NCBI GenBank assembly: GCA_013416795.1
Contig: RQSC01001167.1
Coordinates: forward strand, 1-6,513
DNA from: Prasinococcaceae sp. CCMP 1430
Taxonomy: Eukaryota > Plantae > Prasinodermophyta
Length of the DNA: 6,513 bases
Direction of reading: 5' to 3'
Shown here: positions 1 through 6,513 of the stretch, piece by piece
How positions within the stretch are numbered: position 1 is the stretch's first letter
Layout of the letters: every line of letters begins with the position of its first letter
The notes under the pieces: model-generated
The model's input: the letters and a program-made list of their open reading frames with translations, nothing else
The model's database searches: none
What the model was told of the DNA's origin: nothing
Made by a program: the position numbers and the translations under genes

Positions 1-32
1 CCCCTTGAAGAAATAAGAACATAGCTCAACGT

Positions 33-61
33 AAGATGAGACTTAACAAAAGTCTCATTTT
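33..61. other. Short inverted repeat / potential hairpin
   Basis: aagatgagactt (33-44) - aacaa - aagtctcatttt (50-61): 11 of 12 positions pair, with a 9-bp perfect inner stem. Function unknown. Confidence 0.5.
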
Positions 62-689
62 GTCGTTTAACTGGATTTCGCCCTCTCTTTTGAAAATATC
101 CATTTTCGCTCGACTCGTCATTATCGCGACACAAGACATATACAAGACATCCACATGTCTAGAATTTGGGGTGTTTTGGCACATTCTCCCACCAAAGACA
201 TTTGAGTATCCCGGAGTGTATCATTTAAGGTATTTTTTGAGCGCTGCTTGGCTACTTGCTCGTTAGTGTTTCTCGTGTCACGCATATAGTATGTTTTTGG
301 AGCCACCAGTGTCACTCACAAAATGTATTCCACATTATGTACTCGCATTTGAAAAAAAGGCCCTTTTAGGGCCTATACAAATGGTTAAATAATTCTTTAA
401 AACGAGGTTAAATGTGCCTCCAAAAGGGCACGTCGTGGCCACATGGCATGCGACCCCAGCTGCAATATATGACGGCCTACGCGCTTCTATCAAATATCAA
501 TCGTCCGTCTGAGGGCATTCCAACATGCGAGGATCTACCTAACAGCTAATCAAAAGCTATCGATCGGGATTACAAGGATGGACAATGGGGCGGCATTATG
601 GCAAACACACTACCTCACCCCCTCACTTCTAGGGATCCCACCACCCACAACCGCTGCGCAAGTATATACACCACCACGAAAAACATGCT

Positions 690-730
690 ACCTCATAAAT
701 ATCCCCACCACCTCGCATAAATATCCCACC
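690..730. repeat. Imperfect tandem duplication (20/21 nt) in the presumed 3' UTR of the transposase
   Basis: acctcataaatatccccacc (690-709) is followed directly by acctcgcataaatatcccacc (710-730). Confidence 0.75.
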
Positions 731-748
731 TCTGACCGTGCGCTATGG

Positions 749-2571
749 CTACTCATCGTCACCCTCATCCTCCTCTGACTCCTCAACCAACTCCTCCTCA
801 TCTTCTTCCTCATCCTCTGACGGTCCTTCACCTTGTGCCAATCGCTCCTCCTCCACCTTCTTCATCCCCTCTCGGATCAACTCCTCTGTCTTCTTTGGCA
901 ACCGCTTGCCGCTGCCGGTAAGGGTGAAGTTGTAGGCGTAGACGGCCGTGTCCTTCAGGTCGAGCGTGTCCTTCACCGCCTCCAACCTCCCCTTGCCCTT
1001 TCGACTGCCCCCAACCCTCTCCTTCTCCATGCTCGGGAACCACTTCCTCTTCCAGATGTCCGCTGCCCCCCTCCCCCCATCCGTGTGCCACCAGTGGACG
1101 ATCACGTTTAGCGACTCCACATCGAACTCTATGACCCTGCCGATGTAGAACAGCTCGTCCTCGGCAGCAACCGCAATGAAGCGATCCACCTGAATCTCCT
1201 TCAGGTCACCCGACCTCCGCTCAGCCTCCCACCGCTGGGCCGACGTGGCGCCCTCGAGCATGGGGCGCGGCTGTGGCATCCTCTCCATCGCGAGCCGCCT
1301 CACCATCTCCTCGTGCGTCTCCTGTGGCGGAGTTGCATGCCCACCCGCCTCTCCACGATCCGCTCCCTCATCCCCCATGGCTGTAGCTGCCTCACGGGAG
1401 GCCCCCCTCCACAGCCGTGGGGCCTCCTCCCACTCCCGGTGCACATCGTACTCCAGCCCATCCAGCCGATCCATGAGCCCTACCCACCACTCCCCCACGC
1501 CCTCCTCGTCGTACAGCTCAAGCGTCCGCGGGCCCGCAAGGGCGAGTCGGAGCTCCGCCTGACTCCTCGACCGATCCACGTCGCGGTGCTCGCTGATGGC
1601 CTTCTTCTTCTCCCGTGCGGACACGATCATACGGAGGGGAGCCGCAAGCGGGATGGACTCGGGGTACCCCTCCTCCTTCACCAGGTGGATCCCCTCGGGT
1701 GGCTCCCATGGCGTCCTCCTCCAAGGGTAGCGTCGGTACCACAGTTTTGGCACCCGCCTCGTGGCATCCACACCATCCACGGTGACATACCTCTCCTCCG
1801 CCATCTTGATCTTGAAGCCGTGCTGAGCCGAGATCCCGGTGATGTCGACCGACACGCCAAACCTCCCCTCCGCCCCTGACTGGATCCACTCTCTCACATC
1901 CGGCAGCTGGTCCACACACACCAAGTCCGTCGTGGGGGTGAACGCGGCCCTCAACACGTCCATGAGCGCGGGAAGGCTGAGTGCCCGATGACGGGAGAGG
2001 TGGTTGCTGAACCGCGAGAACATCTGGTCCACTTGGTCGTGCGTGTGTCCCACCAAGAGGAAGTCCAGATTGATCTTGTCGAACCACCCCCTCTCCACCA
2101 GGTACCCCAGGAAGCACACCGTCCACCGGTTCTTGTTCTCCCTGCAAGTGTTGTCGAGGAGCAGCCGCAGCTTCCTCGGCCCCACCTTCTCCCTCCTCTC
2201 GAACGCCTCTCGAATGCAGCTGAGGGTGTAGAGCCACCCATAGGCGGTGCAATTGATATCGTTGGCGTGGTTAGGTAGGAGCAAGAACGTGCGCGGTGTG
2301 AACTTCACCTCTCCATCGCGCGTGTCCTCCGTGGGCATGCCCCCATGCACGATCTGCCCGAGGACGTGCACCTTGATCGCATCGTCCTTGGGTGCATCCT
2401 TCGGCCCATCGGGCCAATGAGGTAGCATGGTCTTCGCCTGGTCCATGCCATCTTGAGTGATGTGGATGTGAGTCTCGGGGTCCCTCGCAGCGGCTGCCCT
2501 CTTACGGTGAACAAACGCCCGACCTGCTGAGAACTCGAGCTTGTGGAGGCGGAGGCATTCCTCCGCAACCT
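749..2571 (-). CDS. Transposase last exon (1823 nt): catalytic DDD core, C-terminal barrel-like domain and acidic tail
   Basis: This is the 614-aa ORF 749..2593, whose listed start is GTG inside an intron-like pyrimidine tract. The acceptor is ...tgtgtccttgttgtccgtgacag|AG GTT GCG, with a CTAAT branch-like motif at about 2605-2609. Putative catalytic Asp codons are at 2450-2452 (QDGMD), 2153-2155 (LDN) and 2027-2029 (HTHDQVD), a spacing of D-98-D-41-D. The stop is TAG at 749-751. Confidence 0.9.
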
Positions 2572-2943
2572 CTGTCACGGACAACAAGGACACAATGCAA
2601 TGGCATTAGTGTACGCTCGTGAAGAGTTAAAATAATCATGTCACTGCTAAGGTGAAAGCCAATGTTATAGAGATGGTAGGTTCTGAATCACACGAATTAT
2701 TTATGGATCTGACTTCTCTACATTTCAATGATTATTCAAGCACAAAAACACCTTCAATTTTTATGAGTGGACGCACACATTTCAAGTAAGTCGCAAACGA
2801 TGGAAGCCTTCAATCGCTAACGTTACACCCGTGTCGCAGACGTAAGCTACAACTCAAGAAGCATTCGACATCTCTAACAATGGGGTGGCATGCGTTTCTT
2901 AATATGCCAATGGCCAGTGCAGTATGGGTCTAGGCGTTATTAC
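2572..2943 (-). other. Spliceosomal intron (372 nt, phase 1)
   Basis: Donor CGAG|GTAATA and acceptor TGACAG|. The intron is AT-richer than the flanking exons. Joining G + AG gives GAG (Glu) and keeps the frame: ...IAIDR-E-VAEECLRLH. Confidence 0.8.
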
Positions 2944-3017
2944 CTCGGTCGATTGCGATGGTCTTCTTGTTGTCCCTTATCGCCTTGTACCTCCAGCACT
3001 CGCTGCACTTCGAGAAC
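2944..3017 (-). CDS. Transposase 74-nt mini-exon encoding (R)FSKCSECWRYKAIRDNKKTIAIDR(E), including the CxxC motif
   Basis: Not in the ORF track; found by manual translation. It is flanked by gatgcag| and |GTAATA, and its length (1+72+1 nt) matches both neighbouring intron phases. It supplies the F-x-K-C-x2-C motif expected between the 'WKRMF..V.I' block and the 'H...R...P...DGMDQ' block. Confidence 0.85.
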
Positions 3018-3166
3018 CTGCATCACATCATACCATTATGTATGGTTTGAGATACTAAGGAGAGCACAACCGCCTACTTTCTAAAACGATATGTGCGACT
3101 TGAACAAGCAATGTTCCGCCCATGATAGCTGCACCTAGGGCGTAATACACATGACATTGTTCTCAC
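3018..3166 (-). other. Spliceosomal intron (149 nt, phase 2)
   Basis: Donor AACAG|GTGAGA and acceptor TGATGCAG|. Joining AG + G gives AGG (Arg): ...IIRNN-R-FSKC. Confidence 0.85.
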
Positions 3167-3877
3167 CTGTTGTTGCGGATGATAGTGACCATGCCAAACA
3201 TGCGCTTCCACACCTCAAGGAAGCCCGTGTAGCTGAGGATTTCGTCATAGCCAGCCGCCTCCTGCTCGGCCACCATCAGCTCCCACACCTCTTTCTTCGT
3301 GAAAGAGTCAGGCAGGATGCACTTGTCGCGGTTTGGCATCCAGCACACATGGTTGTCGCAAAAGTGCTCAAGCCATGCACGACACCTCAGCCCCTTCACG
3401 GTCTCCCCCTTCATTCTGGTTACCTGCCCCATCAACTCCCCCACCTCCACTCGTCGCTTTAGCGCCCGGATGCGCATAATGGTCGACCTGTCTTTGCCGA
3501 CGACCCTGGCAAATGCCTTCACACAAAACTTATGCCCCCCTATCATGTATGCGCACTTGACCCTCTCACTTGGAGCCTCTCCCTCCTCCAAAGGGTTCTC
3601 CTCCTCTTCATCTAACACCGAGCCTGCCACAAAGCTAAGAAGATAATTTTGCATTTCCCTGTTGGTTCGCCTGCGAATCTGTTCCCTTATATCCACTACT
3701 TCGCTCGTCGTAATCGATTGCAGGCACCCGTGATTGCAACAGTGTGTGGAAAGAAGCATGTCCCTTATCGACTCCTCGGCAAGAAATGCTGCTTTCTTCT
3801 CTTTGTCAACCCTCAAACGTTGCTGCCTTGCACTCTCTTGGTCCACCGCCCTTGCCTTCTTTGGCCGCTTTTGGTAC
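3167..3877 (-). CDS. Transposase internal exon (711 nt): N-terminal Cys-containing, putative DNA-binding region
   Basis: This is ORF 3163..3846 extended upstream to the acceptor ctgtcactacag|G TAC CAA AAG (YQKRPKKARAVDQ, a basic NLS-like stretch). It contains CCNHGC, YMIGGHKFCVKAFARVVGKDRSTIMRI (HTH-like), AWLEHF, MPN..LP..FTKKEVW and SYTGFLEVWKRMF. These resemble N-terminal blocks I recall from this transposase family. Length 1+708+2 nt fits both intron phases. Confidence 0.85.
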
Positions 3878-4215
3878 CTGTAGTGACAGACATGTGATGA
3901 TTGTATTAGCTCACGTCGTCATGAATTTTTAAGGCACATTCAAATAAGTTCGTGGAATCCGAGCCCGCAAGTGAGAGACACACCATTTAACGACAGCAAG
4001 GGCGGATAAGATCATAGTCCAAGCTTCAAAAGCACACAAGCATTGTTGTGAAACGAAGGAGATAATATATAGAGAACCGTTGCATGATTTATTTGCATTA
4101 TAAAAGTTCAGAGCTATATGCATCAGAACCCGCTTGTCCTACGACCATACGCAAATGTGACGGGGGCATCAAGATGCACATCATGTGGGAAAGCGAGAAG
4201 CCGATGAGTACTTAC
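3878..4215 (-). other. Spliceosomal intron (338 nt, phase 2)
   Basis: Consensus donor GGCAG|GTAAGT and acceptor CTACAG|, with an AT-rich interior. Joining AG + G gives Arg: ...EEGIRG-R-YQKRPKK. Confidence 0.8.
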
Positions 4216-5008
4216 CTGCCGCGTATTCCTTCTTCATCCCACTCCTCGGTGTCCTCCGGTTCTCCACCGCTGCCTACCTCAGCCGTCTGCCCTTCCTGCC
4301 CTCCGGGACCACCACCTTCTACTTCTCCACCTCCGCCACTTGCATCTGTACCACGTCCTTCCTCTGCTGGTTGATGAGTTGCAGCACCTCCATCCTCTCC
4401 AACCGTTGCTCCAATATCGCCCCCACTGCCAACGCCTGCGTGAACATGGGCCACCGAGGCCTGACTAGAGGTTGGTGTTGTCGTTTGAGTCTCCCGATTA
4501 ACAAGTGAGGGTGCTTCATGGCGACCAAATCGAGGCGAGGTAGGCTGAAAGGTTCGCCCCAACCGCCCATAGCCTCGCCACTGGCCTCCTCTAAACGTTG
4601 AACGCACGAACCGTTGGAAGCCACCTTCTTGGAGATGTGGAGGGGCTCGAGATGGGGGCTCAAGAGCATGACATGGGGCAAGGCCCCTTGGAATTGTTGG
4701 GAGGGGCGTGCTTGCTCCTCGTGGGGTTGGAGGCCTAGGAAAAAGGGGGGGTTCGTAGAGTAGGGGGCAGTTTGTGGGAGGTGTACCAAATGAGCCTCCA
4801 ATTCTTGAGGGTGGGTCATGAAAGGGGTCATCTGTTCCGGATTTCGAGCAGAAGGGGCTCTTTCTGAAGGGTGGGAAATCGGTCTTATTGAAACATGGCT
4901 TTCTGGCATCGACAATCTGACGACTTGCCAAAAGTCTGGGTTTTGACCCCGATGCGCTGGTCGAGGACGTGAAGGGCCGCCCGCCCCCGTCATCGTGCTC
5001 TGAAACGC
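4216..5008 (-). CDS. Transposase upstream exon: low-complexity Pro/Gly/Glu-rich N-terminal region, 5' boundary uncertain
   Basis: The 3' end is fixed by the GTAAGT donor in the frame of ORF 4212..5054. That frame is open for 280 codons but has no ATG (the listed start is TTG). The best upstream acceptor is tcattttcatcacactctgtaacgcttccag|GC at 5009/5008. A nearer alternative is ttcacgcag|GC at about 4437. Confidence 0.5.
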
Positions 5009-5508
5009 CTGGAAGCGTTACAGAGTGTGATGAAAATGAGGGCACAACTCTCAATTTTGCAAAAAGGGGGGTGCATAGGGTATTCAGGCCCTTATGAAGC
5101 CTACGAAACGAACATATCCAGTTGCAGGCTTATAGCTTATGAGGGGGGCTGAAATCGACGGCCAAGGGACTACAGCCTTGATGTGATAGGGCATCCACGG
5201 CCTAGCCCATCACTAGATTGGACGGACCAACCAGAATGCGCCAAGTGGGTTGACGATGTCGACTAGGTATGCAGGTCCTCAAAGGAGTGGCGACATGGGA
5301 GATTGGAAGCCATTTTCACTAGTTCCAGTTGCCAATTTTGGCGTGAGCGAGCGCCTTCTCTTCCTTGCAAACCCTTGACACCGGGTAGTGCCGAGTTTTA
5401 TCCGCAGAACGCCCGATTTCAAAAGGCTCCATTTTTGTGGCCTGAGAAAGGAGTGTTTTCGTGAAGTGATTTTTTAGCGTCCCTGAAAGCTCTCAGTTAT
5501 TCACAAGA

Positions 5509-6351
5509 ATGCCTCCAAGACCACGCAAGCGCAAGACTGTGGCGATGGAGGAGTTTGAGGCCCTGCAGGCACGACTCCGGGAGATGGAGATGATTCAAGC
5601 GGGTGCACAAGGGCCGGATTTGCCGCAGCAGATCCCTTCCGTTGGCGTCACAGAGATTCTGCGCGGTGGACAGCCCAAGAGGGCTAGAACCGGCTTGGAG
5701 GGGAGGGGGGCAGGACCAGAAGAGGCTGCCGCTGTGCCTGCAACGATTTCTCAAGGGAGGGTTGTTGAAGCGGAGGAGGGCGTACCTTTGGCCACGGTAG
5801 GAAGGGGTCTTCTGCCTTCGGTCTCTGCTGGACGAGTTCAGGTGCCAGCGACCTCGGCTGGAAGGGGTGCTGGTAGGGGTGAGGGCGTTGAGTTGGCTTT
5901 GCAACTGCCAGCAGCGGGCATACCTCGCCTTCCACCGGTGGCAGTTGGGCAAGGCCCCGAAGAAGTGTCTGAGGTGCAACATAGGGAGGGCTTTGGCGAG
6001 GGAACCGGCGGAACGGTCCTCGGCCCAGCTGAAAAGATGTTTGACAATGTAGAAATCATTCTGACACACCTCACCTCTGAGTGGAGTGTCGCAGAGGACC
6101 ATCGGAGCCACATGCTGCACCTGTATGTGAAAGACTCAACCGCCACCCATGCAGAGCGGTGGAATCTGCTCGGGGTGCTTTGCCACGTAGCGGCAATCGG
6201 CCGGGCATTCGTTCTTGGTGTCGCAACGGAGGGGCTGCAAGGTCAAGACCGGCGGCTGTACCAGATGCAGATAAACTACTTTGACGAGAAGAACGCTCTA
6301 CCGGAGAATGTCGCTGCCGAGTTGAATGAGCTGCCATCATTGAGCATCAAG
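5509..6351 (+). CDS. Exon of an uncharacterised, probably nuclear protein (281 codons), divergent from the transposase and probably continuing beyond the window
   Basis: ATG-led ORF in GC-rich sequence. It has an N-terminal basic NLS-like MPPRPRKRK, a short helical segment (EEFEALQARLREMEM), a G/A/P/E-rich linker and then about 105 aa of globular-looking sequence. A consensus donor ATCAAG|GTAAGT follows 6351. I do not recognise the family. Confidence 0.7.
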
Positions 6352-6513
6352 GTAAGTGTTGCAAACTTGATCCTAAAATTGCGGTGGTGCAGGCAAGATT
6401 GCAAAAGTTGCCTGCGGTGCAGGCAAGATTGGAAAACTGATGCCATTAATGCTTGATTGTCAAGATCTTGCCTGCGGCGCAAGCAAGATTGCAAAAGTTG
6501 CCTGCGGCGCAAG
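6352..6513 (+). other. Probable intron of the plus-strand gene (truncated by the window end)
   Basis: AAG|GTAAGT donor, followed by an abrupt switch to AT-richer and then repetitive sequence. No convincing acceptor is visible before the edge. Confidence 0.6.
6386..6513. repeat. 30-bp-period tandem repeat (consensus about a(g/a)gcaagattgcaaaagttgcctgcgg(t/c)gc) with an internal diverged segment; truncated
   Basis: 6391-6420 and 6481-6510 match at 28 of 30 positions. 6421-6436 and 6468-6480 are partial copies in the same 30-nt register, separated by about 30 nt of unrelated sequence. A further unit starts at 6511. Confidence 0.9.

Larger units (their letters stand above)
749..5008 (-). mobile_element. 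Sola-type (DDD) cut-and-paste DNA transposase locus; element ends not identified in the window
   Basis: The spliced product carries motifs I recall from Sola-superfamily / DUF7869-like transposases: K-C-x2-C...H, then TQDGMDQAK, LLLDNTCRENKN and FLLVGHTHDQVDQMFS. The family call is by motif recall, not a database search, and the Sola subgroup is not assigned. Coordinates cover the predicted coding span only. Confidence 0.8.

Noticed and set aside
290-440. Candidate TIR similarity between the left flank (cacaaaatg, aaaaggcccttt) and 5420-5445
   Set aside because: Only short, gapped matches in A/T runs, with no collinear extension and no TSD.
570-574. TGTAA on the minus strand as a chlorophyte-type poly(A) signal for the transposase
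   Set aside because: A single 5-mer is expected by chance and the host lineage is unknown.
36-778. Small ORFs in the left flank (36..266, 121..315, 578..778) and in introns (2890..3084, 3929..4123)
   Set aside because: Short ORFs in AT-richer non-coding sequence with no motifs or codon signal.
738-2568. Numerous antisense and alternate-frame ORFs over the transposase last exon (e.g. 1313..1879 +, 1518..2252 -, 1245..1562 +, 738..935 +)
   Set aside because: These are shadow ORFs expected from GC-rich, third-position-biased coding sequence. The translations are low-complexity with no recognisable motifs.
2572-2593. GTG start 'MSLLSVT' of the 614-aa ORF, and GTG start at 3846 of the 227-aa ORF
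   Set aside because: These are bacterial-style starts from the ORF caller. The first lies in a polypyrimidine tract/acceptor and the second is internal to an exon; splicing explains the protein better.
3135-3166. Alternative nearby acceptor (ccctag|) giving a 32-nt intron
   Set aside because: Too short for a typical spliceosomal intron, and the acceptor at 3018 leads directly into the expected FSKCxxC motif.
3151-3932. Plus-strand ORFs opposite the 711-nt exon (3151..3462, 3299..3646, 3649..3897, 3744..3932)
   Set aside because: They are antisense shadows of a well-supported transposase exon.
4921-5097. Protein-like plus-strand stretch RLAKSLGFDPDALVEDVKGRPPP...
   Set aside because: It is short, immediately preceded by a TGA, and has no start codon or evident acceptor in frame.
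5497-6340. Minus-strand and alternate-frame ORFs over the plus-strand gene (5497..6120, 5684..5935, 5838..6146, 6071..6340 etc.)
   Set aside because: The 5509 frame has the ATG, the NLS-like motif, protein-like composition and a consensus donor. The others look like shadows.
6386-6513. CRISPR-like array (30-nt repeats with dyad symmetry and one roughly 30-nt unique segment)
   Set aside because: The copies are directly adjacent with no regular unique spacers, the context is an intron-containing eukaryotic locus, and no cas genes are present.

Overview
This window reads as eukaryotic genomic DNA with spliceosomal GT-AG introns and GC-rich exons, not prokaryotic DNA. The main feature is an intact-looking, intron-split DNA transposase gene on the minus strand with Sola-type motifs (DGMDQ / LDNTxRENKN / GHTHxxxD). 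I reconstructed it by hand from four exons: about 5008-4216, 3877-3167, 3017-2944 and 2571-749. The reading phase is preserved across all three internal introns, but the start codon is unresolved. The protein also carries a C-terminal beta-barrel-like domain and a very acidic tail. About 0.5 kb upstream, a second gene of unknown function is oriented divergently (plus strand, ATG 5509, probable donor after 6351) and runs into a 30-bp-period repeat with dyad symmetry that is cut off by the window edge. I found no terminal inverted repeats or target-site duplication, so I cannot tell whether the second gene lies inside the element. The host may be a plant or green alga, but that is a guess the sequence cannot establish.
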